A stretch of DNA of 63,692 nucleotides, counting the filler, from Octopus bimaculoides (taxonomy: Eukaryota): NCBI RefSeq assembly GCF_001194135.2. It is 5 parts of 3 records of this genome, joined end to end, with 100 filler letters (N's around TTAATTAATTAA, not from the genome) between each part and the next. Parts side by side here need not be neighbours in the genome. Positions count along the whole stretch, not along the records: positions 44,979 to 54,836 come from NC_068983.1; positions 54,937 to 61,485 come from NC_068990.1; positions 61,586 to 63,692 come from NC_068990.1; 2 more parts are not named here. The stretch is one strand, 5' to 3'. The first letter of the stretch is position 1. Every line of letters starts with the position of its first letter. Below, in pieces: positions 51,692 to 63,692 of the stretch. Under the pieces are notes generated by a model. The model did no database searches. It was given only the letters and a program-made list of their open reading frames with translations, and was not told the origin of the DNA. The translations under genes were made by a program, and so were the position numbers.

Positions 51692-51825
51692 NNNNNNNNN
51701 NNNNNNNNNNNNNNNNNNNNNNNNNNNNNNNNNNNNNNNNNNNNNNNNNNNNNNNNNNNNNNNNNNNNNNNNNNNNNNNNNNNNNNNNNNNNNNNNNNNN
51801 NNNNNTATACAGCCGTTGTAGCAGT

Positions 51826-51827
51826 TT

Positions 51828-51858
<31 letters not shown>

Positions 51859-51859
51859 G

Positions 51860-51930
<71 letters not shown>

Positions 51931-51931
51931 T
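51826..51931. repeat. (CAG)n(TAG)n trinucleotide array
   Basis: Direct repeat. Confidence 0.9.
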
Positions 51932-52337
51932 GCTGCTAAAGAAGATGATGATTGTGATGATGCTCATGTTAATAATAGATGTTGGAATAATTCAATTAAA
52001 AATTGAATCTTAATTTCATCTGGAAAACATTATAATCTTGAATATTGCAGCAAAGAAACCATTCCTTAATTACATATTTGTCTTGCTTATTAAGTGAATA
52101 ACACACACACACACACACACACACGCCCACACACACGTAAACACACACATATACACACATGTATGCATGCATGCATGTATGTTTGCATGTTTGTACGTAT
52201 GTGTGTATGTATCTATGTATGTGTATGTAACTGTATATGTATGTCTATATGTGTGAGTGTATGTATGCATGTGTGTGCGTGCATGTGTATCTATATATAC
52301 TAAGTGATAAGGCATCACCAAGTAGAATATGTGTGTG

Positions 52338-52379
<42 letters not shown>

Positions 52380-52499
52380 TAAATGCACACACCACACACA
52401 CATGAAAGCACACGCACACACTTTCCACATATACATAAAAATGTATATATAATTATATATCAACGCACATTACACACAAAAAATGCACATGTATCCAAG

Positions 52500-52890
52500 T
52501 GCATGCGGCTGTGTGGTAAGTAGCTTGCTTACCACCTACATGGTTCTCGGTTCAGTATTACTGCGTGGCACCTGGGGCAAGTGTCTTCTACTATAGCCTT
52601 GGGTCAACCAAAGCCTTGTGAGTAGATTTGGTAGATAGAAACTGAAAGAAGCCCATCGTATGTATGTATATGTGTGTGTGTGTGTGTGTTTGTGTGTCTG
52701 TGTTTATCCCTCATCATCACTTGATGACCGATGCAGGTGTGTTTACATCCCCGTAACTTAGCGGTTTGGCAAAGTTACCGATAGAATAAGTACTAGGCTT
52801 ACAAATAATAAGTTCTGGGCTCGATTTGTCGTGTAAAGGCGGTGCTCCAACATGACCACAATCAAGTGACTGAAACAAATAAAAGAAAAC
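52500..52890 (+). mobile_element. SINE family A, full length
   Basis: ggctgtgtggtaagtagcttgctt..gaccacaatcaagtgactgaaacaaataaaaga. Confidence 0.92.
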
Positions 52891-54936
52891 AAAAATACGT
52901 ACATATGTACATACATAATATATGGTTGAAAACCTCTAACTCTCGCGTCTTTGAAATCCAAATACTTTTGCTGATGGAGTGGTTCCTCCATTTCGATGGC
53001 ATTGATGACTTAGAAGACTAATTCTCACCTAAAGTCGGCAAGAACAAAGATAATGAAGATAATGGCAACTACACCCTATTCTAATAGGGACATGGTGGAC
53101 CTGTTGGTCAGAACTGGTTTAACCCACCCTGGATGAATGCCACTGCAAGCACAAGTAACTTGTACTTTTACTGGTGGCTAAGATTCATTAAAGAGAATTT
53201 GATAAGGAATTACCTCTATTTATTTTAATCACATGACTTAACCATTATAGCCATCACGGTTGACTTACATGCTTCAACTGTTGGCCTTTGCAACACATCA
53301 TATCAACTACGTGGTCCGCTTGTCTGATATTTAAGATAGAGTGGAACTATTGTGGATGGAGATGCTGCAGGTTTTTGATATAAATAATGTAAATAAAGTT
53401 CTGCTGTTGTTTTTGTTCAATGACAACTTCTGCCTGAAATATAAAACATCTTTTCCTCAGAGGAAGAAATATGTGCAGATGTATCAATTATTTAAATCCA
53501 AAACACACTTCTAAAAAAGAACAGTATTTTTTCCTTCTGAAGATTATCCAATTCAATTACGCATTCACAATCATATAATAATGCTTTCAAATTTTGGCAT
53601 GAGGTGAGTAATCTTCTTTTAAAAGAGAACAAAGACAAGGAAAAGGATGTGAAGTTGTCTGTAAAAGTGCAAAGCCCATCCTCATTATCATCACCATCCT
53701 TTTCTTTGTCACCATCATCATACATACATACATACATACATAGTTGATGACATCAATCCCCAGCCCTTAACTGATACATACAAAAATCCCTCACCAGATC
53801 GTGGTTCACGGTACACCTGCCACGGTCCACCGATTGCAGTTTATTATTCAACCTTACGTTGATTCCTCTGTGATGCTTTGCATTTATGATAAAAAATAAA
53901 TATATATAAATCATAAAAATAATTTTTAAAAATTGACAGCACAGCACTGTTTCTACTTCGCAGATTTTCACCTATGGTGGCTTTGGAACGTAGCACCCAC
54001 GAAAGTCGAAAGATTACTGTATTTTATAGACGCTGAAAGAATGAAAGACAAAATCAACCTCAATAGAATTTGAACGGAGAAAAATACAGCCAAGAGGAAT
54101 GCCAATAAGCATGTCGTTTGGCCTGCAAATAATTCCATTTATTCTTATTTTATTTTATTTTATTTTTCAGTATAAACTTCTACCTGAAACACACACACAC
54201 ACAAAAAGCCAAACATCTTTTCCTCAGGAGATGAAATATATTCAAATGTTTGAATTCTCTAAATTCAAAACCCATGAGTAAGAAAAAAATATAATTCTTT
54301 TTTTTTACTTCCTAAAACCATCCAATTTAATCATGAATTGAACAGCTCAGCCAATATTCTAGTGTTTCTCTAATAAATCTGTTGTCACACGAATTTGCAT
54401 AGTTGAAAGGTTTATAAAGGACGGAGATGATGACAGTAGAGTCAATGTTGTAATAATGCGTTCAGCAACGGCTATTTTCCTAGCGTTGTCTGATTATTAT
54501 TCAATTTTTCCCATTATTAATTGATTATTCCAAATGTGTTTTGTCGACTGAACTCCACTGATTGTGCAACGATGTTTTAATGGCATTGTAATTTATTTAC
54601 AAAATTTATGACATCAAAGACAAAAACAAAACAAACAACATAAACAAAGATTTTAAAAAAACAACAATCAAACAAAAAACACGCTTACTTGAAAGACGGC
54701 TTTTATTTACTTTTACTGTCAGTGTTTGTTTATTTTGTTCTTTATATTCTCTTTGCTGTTGTTGCTGTTAGTGGTGGTGGTGGTGGTTGTACTGGTGGTG
54801 GCTGTGGTGGCGGTGGCGGTTGTGGTGGTGGTGGTGNNNNNNNNNNNNNNNNNNNNNNNNNNNNNNNNNNNNNNNNNNNNTTAATTAATTAANNNNNNNN
54901 NNNNNNNNNNNNNNNNNNNNNNNNNNNNNNNNNNNN

Positions 54937-55602
54937 GCATGAGGGACATTACAAGTAATTATCTTTTGCGTAACCCCTACCAAATTGGTGGACTTGGGCA
55001 CATCGTAGAAATAGATGAATCTATGATGTGCACGCGCCAATACAACGGAGGATGGGATATAGAGGATAAAAATAGGTTTTTAGTCTTTAGACCATTCTTC
55101 TGAAACTCTTTGTGGTGCGATGGAGGACGAAGCAAAAGGACAGAATGAAGCGTTGGACCTTACCTTGCCGACCGCAGCGGGGTACACGATCGTTCCTGAT
55201 CAGAACACGTCTTTCTCGTAACGTCGCTGTTTTCTCACTCGCCCCACGTGCTAGCCTTCGACCGCGTGTCGCCGACTTCCGACCTGACCCTTCCGGTTTG
55301 GCCCTTCCGGTCTGGCTTCACCTCTGTTTGCCTCACCCCTCTCCACCACAACACATAGCTCGTCACAGCCCACAACACCACACTCTTCTACCACTTATTA
55401 AAAAAATTATCAAACCAGAGACGACTATATATTCTGATTGTTGGATTCAACCCCCCACCCCAAATTATCTACTTTGTGTTTTATTTACTTTGTTTAAAAA
55501 AAATTACTTTGTTTTAAAAAACCCTCATACATGTTTTGCGTATTCGCGCTAGCTAGTCGTAGGATCAACTAGTCACGACTAGCTTGCGCAAATGCGCGCA
55601 CC
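54937..55602 (+). mobile_element. Merlin (IS1016/ISXO2-like DDE) DNA transposon remnant; left end lost in the gap
   Basis: IGGLGHIVEIDES..YN ; SETL|LPLIKKIIKPETTIYSDCW once the insertion is removed; putative right end ...gcgcgcacc. Confidence 0.82.
55111..55382. mobile_element. Solo LTR (272 bp)
   Basis: TGTGGTG...CACCACA termini; 5-bp direct repeat CTCTT at 55106-55110 and 55383-55387. Confidence 0.8.
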
Positions 55603-56199
55603 GGGATCATTCTTCTTGAATAGTACCGGACACGAATATCTCTCTTCTGCCTAAGGCCACAGACCACATGCGGTTATCGCCGTTCTAACGACATTTGTCT
55701 AACCGTCTTCATATTATCGTCATTATAATGACGCCTGCCAGATTTCAGCCTACCGACATTTTCTTGCTTTATCATGACGACTTCTTCAGCAACTGACTTT
55801 ATCGCCACAGCCTTCGAGACAATTGACTGTCATGTTACCAACTTCGTTGACACCTGCTACGAATTGTAAGTCCAAGCCATGAGCTGAATATGTTTTTTGA
55901 CTAATCCTCACACACGTTTCTGATACCCTTTTAATTTTGTCTCACAACTAGTTAGCTTTTACTTTTTATCCAAAGGATCCACAACATGTGAACATTTGAT
56001 TTCTTACATCGTGTTTGTATCCTCTTTCTAAATAAATTCTGTTTATTGTTGTAAGCATTCATCTTCTTACACACACTCAACATGCTAAAGCATCAATTAA
56101 AATAACCCTCCCCTCAAAATTGCTAGCCGTGTGTCTAAATTAGAAACCACTTGAAAGTTGTGAATGAATTAGTTGACTCGTTAAAACGTTGGATAAATT

Positions 56200-57480
56200 C
56201 TTTATGCTCTGTGGCATCGTGAGTCATGTCCAAAAATGAAAGGATAAGTGATGTCAGGTGAAGAAGTGACAAATCTAAGAAGTCTCTTCTTCGACGCAGA
56301 GGTCAGTGGGAACGGACGTAGTATGTGGGTATTCTAGATTATTGCCAGTACTTGAGTTCTTTGAATCGTAGGGCAAGTTCAAGTCAGCAATTGAAAAGTT
56401 TCTTTCGAAGTCGTTTCCTAAAAGTTAAGATAAAATAATTTTTAACCTTTATACTTCAAGCTATTCCGGCGCTATTTTCCTTTTGTTATGTTCGACATGA
56501 TAATAAAAATAAGGATTAGCAGCAATATTCTCTGGGTTTTTTCCAGCGAAGGTATGTCGTGGGCGGAATTAAAAAAATAAGGTTTGTCACTAAACTGCAG
56601 GGAATACAGGTGAACGACTATGTGAGCAAGACCCGGTTCTGTATGTTTGTGCCCTGTTTCTCCGACTATATCTCGAGGGGGGCTGCAGCAGCTACTGGAC
56701 ATTGAGACAGTAACAGTGGGCAACTTTGTGGACAGAACAAGACTATGGCGTATATTGCAGTAAGGGCGACGGTGGGGCCCGGTAGAACGGAGCGACAAAC
56801 AACGAAAGGAGAACTCTCAAGGAACCGTGCTTCATGTGTTGAGGTCCGCTCATGGTCAAGGACTGTAAAGAGCATTAACCCAAAGTAGTTTGCTACCGTT
56901 CAGGTTATTCGCATAGAAATCCACTGCAGTCAAGAAGGGGCTATTGCGTTGGGAGTTGCCCTGTCATCCAAGCGGAGGCGGTCTTGCATTCGATGCCGGT
57001 AATAAGTGTTCAGATGGGGTTAGGGTTAGGAAGAGAAGCGAGAGTCCTCGGTTGAGTTTGACTGTGTGTAAGAGAGAGAGAGAAATAGACACTGGAACAC
57101 CCAGAACTTTATTCAACTCTAACATTTTGAATTTATTCCAAACATCAGCTGTTGTGGCCAACTTGTCAAACTTCTTGAAGACATCACCCGAATCAGAGAC
57201 AACGGCTCGTGGGTGAAAGTTATCTATTCCAACTTCGCCAAAGCCTTTAATTTTGTGCTCCACAAGCAATTTACGATGAAACATTTTGCAATGGCTACTA
57301 GGGCTGATCTTTATATACCACAAAGAGTAGTGTTCATATACGAATGGAGACACAGTACTGAAGCGTTTCGAGGGAGTCAGCTTAGCCTACCCCAAGTAAT
57401 AAAACAAAATACTAGTCAAGAGCTATGGTTGACAGACTTACCCCTCCACCCGCTATTGTTAGCCATGTACCTCAATCAGT
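56200..57480 (+). mobile_element. Decayed CR1/L2-like LINE RT fragment
   Basis: PRLSLTVCK..EI, SAVVANLSNFL, VIYSNFAKAFNFVLHK resemble RPISLTS..CK, S..TNL..FL, IYLDFAKAFD.V.H; the 5' boundary is uncertain. Confidence 0.6.
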
Positions 57481-58289
57481 AACCATTATTATAGTACTAG
57501 AGCTCTCACGTTTTCAGAAACTGCTGGGGGCATTTGATTGTTTTTTAAACATTAATTGGGTCATGTAAGATAATATATTTTCTTCTTCCAGAATATGAAG
57601 ACGAATTAAACGAATAGGAAATGCTAATCGTCTTCATAATAACTAAACGGATGTAAGGAGTGGCGAGGGTGGGGCAACAGAAAGAGGAGCTTTTTTTCGT
57701 GCTGGTGTTGTTTCACCAAAAAACTTGCATATCACCATGATATTGCGTCATTGCTTAATTATCACCTGCTCCTATTATATCGTATTACTGATATTATCTA
57801 CCCAACATCAACCGATAAGATAGTAAACAGGGATGTAAAGACTGACTGATACACGGGTACATAGACATGCACACAGATAAACGAGGAAATATTACATAAT
57901 TGAACGTGACTATGTACACACACACACACACATCTACGCATCACACGTACGCACTCGTACACAGAAGAATCTGCTGCTCCTATGTAATAATGTTAATTGG
58001 TGTTATAATGTACATATGCAGAATATTATTCATACAGAGAGAAGTGAGTTGGTAGAAATTGAGGAACTAGTCGCAGTAATAATTTTGCTTCGCCTTTATC
58101 GTAATATAGTTGTTGTTTAACCGCTGGTCAATCTTCGTTGTCCAGATCTACTTGTAAACCGTCACAGTCCCCTGTCAGCCACTCTGTGACTATGAGAAAC
58201 AGCCAACAACTGATGAAGGATCGTTCTTCATGTTGTTTTTTTTTTTTTCCATTTGTGTCTTTCGTTGTTCGAAAGAATAGTTCATGTTC

Positions 58290-58512
58290 CATGTACTCGT
58301 GCTTCGTATTTTTTTTGTTTAGTAGACGTTTCGTGACGTCATGTGCCCCGTTCTTTCTTCCCCCTTTTGTTATCTCCCCTTTTTCTTAGCTCTCCTGCGT
58401 GAACTTTCTGAACTTCCTGTCCGCAGAAGCCATGATAGATCGTTGAACAAACACCATTCAATTTCTTTTCTCCATGTTTTTCTCCTTGTTTTCTCCGTAT
58501 TCTTTCTGTTGA
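58290..58512 (+). mobile_element. Repeat family F (PLE-terminal-repeat-like), cut by a gap
   Basis: Pyrimidine-rich, ends ttctttctgttga; similar in style to the reverse complement of 24875-24990. Confidence 0.4.
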
Positions 58513-59129
58513 NNNNNNNNNNNNNNNNNNNNNNNNNNNNNNNNNNNNNNNNNNNNNNNNNNNNNNNNNNNNNNNNNNNNNNNNNNNNNNNNNNNNNNNN
58601 NNNNNNNNNNNNNNNNNNNNNNNNNNNNNNNNNNNNNNNNNNNNNNNNNNNNNNNNNNNNNNNNNNNNNNNNNNNNNNNNNNNNNNNNNNNNNNNNNNNN
58701 NNNNNNNNNNNNNNNNNNNNNNNNNNNNNNNNNNNNNNNNNNNNNNNNNNNNNNNNNNNNNNNNNNNNNNNNNNNNNNNNNNNNNNNNNNNNNNNNNNNN
58801 NNNNNNNNNNNNNNNNNNNNNNNNNNNNNNNNNNNNNNNNNNNNNNNNNNNNNNNNNNNNNNNNNNNNNNNNNNNNNNNNNNNNNNNNNNNNNNNNNNNN
58901 NNNNNNNNNNNNNNNNNNNNNNNNNNNNNNNNNNNNNNNNNNNNNNNNNNNNNNNNNNNNNNNNNNNNNNNNNNNNNNNNNNNNNNNNNNNNNNNNNNNN
59001 NNNNNNNNNNNNNNNNNNNNNNNNNNNNNNNNNNNNNNNNNNNNNNNNNNNNNNNNNNNNNNNNNNNNNNNNNNNNNNNNNNNNNNNNNNNNNNNNNNNN
59101 NNNNNNNNNNNNNNNNNNNNNNNNNNNNN

Positions 59130-59415
59130 GCCGACCAAAGCCTTGTGAGTGGATTTGGTAGACGGAAACTGAAAGAAGCCTATTGTATAGATGTATATAT
59201 ATATATATATATGTTTGTGTGTCTATGTTTGTCCCCCCCAACATCGCTTGACAACTGATGGTGGTGTGTTTATGCCCCCGTAACTTAGCGGTTTGGCAAA
59301 AGAGACCGATAGAATAAGTACTAGGCTTACAAAGAATAAGTCCCGGGGTCGATTTGCTCGACTAAAGGCAGTGCTCCAGCGTGGCCACAGTCAAACAGCT
59401 GAAACAAGTAAAAGG
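59130..59415 (+). mobile_element. SINE family A (head lost in the gap)
   Basis: ccgaccaaagccttgtgagtggatttggtagacggaaactgaaagaagcc..gaaacaagtaaaag. Confidence 0.92.
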
Positions 59416-59633
59416 GTATTGACAAAATGTTGCTAGGCATTTTGCTTGGTGTGTTAACGATTCTGCCAGCTCAATGCTTTGAGTAATTATACAATGTGTC
59501 ATTCCATTATTAAGATGGTGGGGTGATTTGAAGGGATTTGGTTATGATTTCTAGCTGCTCAATCAACCACATAGGTGCTCCTCTCATTAGATCATTTCCT
59601 CTTATGACTGAGCAACACGTTTGATATTGCCAA

Positions 59634-59900
59634 TGACTGGTGAACAACACATTGTGACTAACAACTGGAGAACAATTGTTAGTAACAACACATCTGGTGT
59701 TAATAATTAACGACTGATGAACAGCACATTTACCATGACTGGCGAACAGCACATTTGCCCTGACTGTTGAACATCACATTTGATGTGACTAATGACTGTT
59801 GAACATCACATCAGGTGTGACTAATGACTGTTGAACATCACATCTGGTGTGACTAACAACTGGTGATGGATGACTGATGTGACTGATGACTAGTGAACAC
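59634..59900. repeat. Minisatellite, 25- and 32-bp units
   Basis: tgactgttgaacatcacatYWGRtgtgactaa x3 at 59761, 59793 and 59825, plus 25-bp variants at 59711 and 59736. Confidence 0.85.
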
Positions 59901-61114
59901 AGATATTTTCATAATCCAATTATAACTCTGATGTTACTAATTAATCATTAGCGGACAACTAACAAATATCAGAAACTCATATCACAGCCTACCCTGTTGA
60001 AAAGATAAGATTGCATTGTGTAATGTAGTCTTTGAAAATAACAATTTGACAGTGACACAGCATAAGATATGCAGACTGCACAGGGTCCACTTTATTTATG
60101 TGTACTTGTTGTAGTCAAATATGTGTTATATTTAAGGAGGTGAGTGGTTAATTTGGGTACTGTATAGGGTGGCTCCTTTTGTATGTGTGTTTGCTGTAAT
60201 GAAAGGCGTATTATGTTTAAGGAAATGAGTGGCTAAAGGACATATCTGATATTTTGTTGGTCAATATTAACCACGCATTTCTGATATTTTGTGTGGTCAA
60301 TATTAACCATACATCTACACAAGTATGTACAGGCCTGGGTAAGGTTTTTCAAGAAAGACTAGCAGTTGTCCATGGATGTAAGTTTCCTCTCTCCAAGCCT
60401 CCAATGTTTATCCAAGGCAAAGACTACTGTCTTGGGCCGATACCTTCTGACTCCAGAGTTGTCAAAACTCTAAGAACCAGGACAATACTACAAGGTGTTT
60501 TACCCAATGCTCTAAAGCTTAGGCTGGACTAGAAGCTGCAGTAAAAGGTGCAGCACTCTGGGATTGAAATCAGGATCTTGTGGTTGTAGGTGGTACACTT
60601 CTTAACCATTCAGCACTTCATACACCCTTTAATTTGATTAAATTAATCACTGGTAAACACGTAAGTCCCTATGATGTGGTCATTTGACCTGCTAGAAATA
60701 GCAACCATATCTCCCTCAAATCACATCCCCACTATCTTAAGAAAGAAGGATGCATTAAATAATGTGGTCTTTGGGACATGATGTCTGAAGAAAAAAGATG
60801 GGATGGTTTAGTAGCATAGCAACAGGATATATATACTGGGTGTGCAAACTTCATAGGGTGTGGCCACTTTATGTATGCCATTATGTATTTTAAATCAGGA
60901 TTAGGATTAACTCAATAATATATAAAGTGTCGTATATAGAGTGACAGCATAGGGTGTGTACTTTATATAGGCCACCGATATTAATTTTATATTTGCTGTA
61001 GTCAGATATGTTTAAGGAAGGGAGCAATCAGATTGGGCAAAACTCACACTACACCGTTGGGATGGTCATAACTGGAACAACTTGGATTGGAAGTCTGCTC
61101 AGTCATAAGTCTGA

Positions 61115-61290
61115 GGCGGATTTCCTACAGCTGGATGCTCTTTCTCTGTTTTATTCATGCAAGATAATATTTTCCGCATGATAAGACCTGTTTTTTTTTT
61201 ACAGAAGACTGGAAATGAACAACCTTGCTTGTATGATGATGATGATGCACATTTACAACTATCATGTGATGTCTAGGCAAGGGTACACAC
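61115..61290 (-). mobile_element. SINE family E fragment
   Basis: ctacagctggatgctc..agaagactggaaatgaac..cttgtatgatgatgatg. Confidence 0.6.
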
Positions 61291-61331
61291 AATCATATAG
61301 TCTTACATACACGCAAACACACACACACACA

Positions 61332-61371
<40 letters not shown>

Positions 61372-61384
61372 GTGAGTATTTACA

Positions 61385-61485
61385 AAAAAAATAACAAAAG
61401 ACGAAGACGGGTGTGTAAACAACAAACAGATGTATTAGTTTAATGCTTGGGAAGTGACAAAGTCTTTTATGTTTTGAGCCTACTC
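61385..61485 (-). mobile_element. Repeat family F end, cut by a gap
   Basis: aacaacaaacagatgtattagtttaatgcttgggaagtg..ttttgagcctactc. Confidence 0.55.
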
Positions 61486-61585
61486 NNNNNNNNNNNNNNN
61501 NNNNNNNNNNNNNNNNNNNNNNNNNNNNNTTAATTAATTAANNNNNNNNNNNNNNNNNNNNNNNNNNNNNNNNNNNNNNNNNNNN

Positions 61586-61622
<37 letters not shown>

Positions 61623-62609
61623 GTTTGTGTATAGATGCATATATATGCTTAGATATATATATATATATATATAAGTCAGTAAATAGTGGGGTCATATATA
61701 TATATATGTTTGTGCATAGATGCATATATATGCTTAGATATATGTATATATATATATGTGGGATATATCTTTATATATATGTATGTATGTATCTCTCTCT
61801 ACATATATATGTGTGTGTGTGTGTTTGTATGTGTGTGTGTGTGCGTGCATGTGTGTGTGTATATGTATGCATGTATGTATGTATATATATGTATGCATGT
61901 ACATCTATGCTTGTGTGTGTTTGTGCTTGTGTGTTTGTCTTTGTCCCTAACAAGCGCTTGACAACCGGTATTGATTTGTTTACACGCGCATGTTCTAGCA
62001 GTTCAGCAAAATCAACCGATGGGAGAAGGAATGAAAAAACTGCTTGGGGATTGCGAATTGTTCAACTAAACCCTTTAAGGTAGCGACCCAAATTGGACGC
62101 TCGAAGATAAATGGGAAATTATTTTTGTCATTTATTGATTCCAGGCAGCGGTCGCGGCCATACTACAGCAGTGCTTTTCTTCTTGCCTTAAGGACATTTC
62201 TTTCTTTTATTACTCGTTAGGTGCAGGAATGTCTTGTTTTCGCAATTCTACAGTTCCGGGTTCATTCCTACTGCACTCTAAATTGGGCTGTCGTCATAGA
62301 ACTTGACCAATATAATGCATGAAGAATTTAGTAAACAGCTTCTCAAGAGAAGCCCTCTTTCACAGACGTACACACACACACACAAACCCAAGGAAACATT
62401 TGCATGTGTATTTGAACCAAACAGTGCAAGAATTTAACGAAAAATGCTAACAGCTGAACTTTCAATAATTAGCAGATGATTCCAAAACAAAAAGACACAT
62501 GCATAAAGGGTACCTGCAAGTACTTAATCCAATGACAACAGAATATCATGTGCATGTCAGACTCTATATATATATACATACTTAAGAGATATATATACAC
62601 ACATATATA

Positions 62610-62645
<36 letters not shown>

Positions 62646-63228
62646 NNNNNNNNNNNNNNNNNNNNNNNNNNNNNNNNNNNNNNNNNNNNNNNNNNNNNNN
62701 NNNNNNNNNNNNNNNNNNNNNNNNNNNNNNNNNNNNNNNNNNNNNNNNNNNNNNNNNNNNNNNNNNNNNNNNNNNNNNNNNNNNNNNNNNNNNNNNNNNN
62801 NNNNNNNNNNNNNNNNNNNNNNNNNNNNNNNNNNNNNNNNNNNNNNNNNNNNNNNNNNNNNNNNNNNNNNNNNNNNNNNNNNNNNNNNNNNNNNNNNNNN
62901 NNNNNNNNNNNNNNNNNNNNNNNNNNNNNNNNNNNNNNNNNNNNNNNNNNNNNNNNNNNNNNNNNNNNNNNNNNNNNNNNNNNNNNNNNNNNNNNNNNNN
63001 NNNNNNNNNNNNNNNNNNNNNNNNNNNNNNNNNNNNNNNNNNNNNNNNNNNNNNNNNNNNNNNNNNNNNNNNNNNNNNNNNNNNNNNNNNNNNNNNNNNN
63101 NNNNNNNNNNNNNNNNNNNNNNNNNNNNNNNNNNNNNNNNNNNNNNNNNNNNNNNNNNNNNNNNNNNNNNNNNNNNNNNNNNNNNNNNNNNNNNNNNNNN
63201 NNNNNNNNNNNNNNNNNNNNNNNNNNNN

Positions 63229-63271
<43 letters not shown>

Positions 63272-63653
63272 CAAATATATATATATACATACATGCATTT
63301 ACAGACAATTATACATATATATATATACATACATATATACACGCACATATGTAACATATATATGCATATATATATATGCGTACATACATACATAAACATA
63401 TATACATATCTACAAATATATACACATACTGAATATATGTATGTATGGTACATATTGGATATAGCATATCTTTCATGTATATAGTGTGTAAAATATACAT
63501 ATCTATTATATCTAAAGATCATTCATTATATATAACATATATTATATGAATATGTATGTATATAGACATATATATACATATGTATGTATATATAATATAT
63601 AATTATAGGAATATATATGTATACATGTATATTAAAGATATTTAATGTAGACG

Positions 63654-63692
<39 letters not shown>
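63229..63692. repeat. (TA)-rich degenerate microsatellite
   Basis: Low-complexity TA/CA/TG. Confidence 0.9.

Noticed and set aside
58208-58240. CTGATGA hammerhead core
   Set aside because: No correctly placed GAAA or stem III
59711-59856. CRISPR-like palindromic 32-bp repeats
   Set aside because: No unique spacers, no cas genes, eukaryotic context

Overview
Repeat-dense, AT-rich animal genomic DNA, mostly intronic or intergenic, with many microsatellites and N-gaps. The repeat families look like those of Octopus/coleoid cephalopods; this is my inference from recalled sequence and is not verified. No complete protein-coding gene is recognisable, and nearly all track ORFs are microsatellite or repeat translations. 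The window holds: (1) several tRNA-type SINE families, labelled A-G here by within-window similarity only; (2) three tandem R4/Dong-type (RLE) LINE remnants sitting at (TAA)n arrays; (3) several Penelope-like elements (PLEs), one with an inverted terminal repeat carrying a near-intact minimal hammerhead ribozyme motif; (4) DNA transposon remnants (mariner DD34D, maT DD37D, Tc1, Merlin, a Kolobok-like MITE); (5) a solo LTR with a 5-bp TSD inside the Merlin copy; (6) a CR1-like RT remnant; and (7) weak candidate exons near 43.5-47.6 kb. SINE boundaries are approximate, about +/-20 bp.
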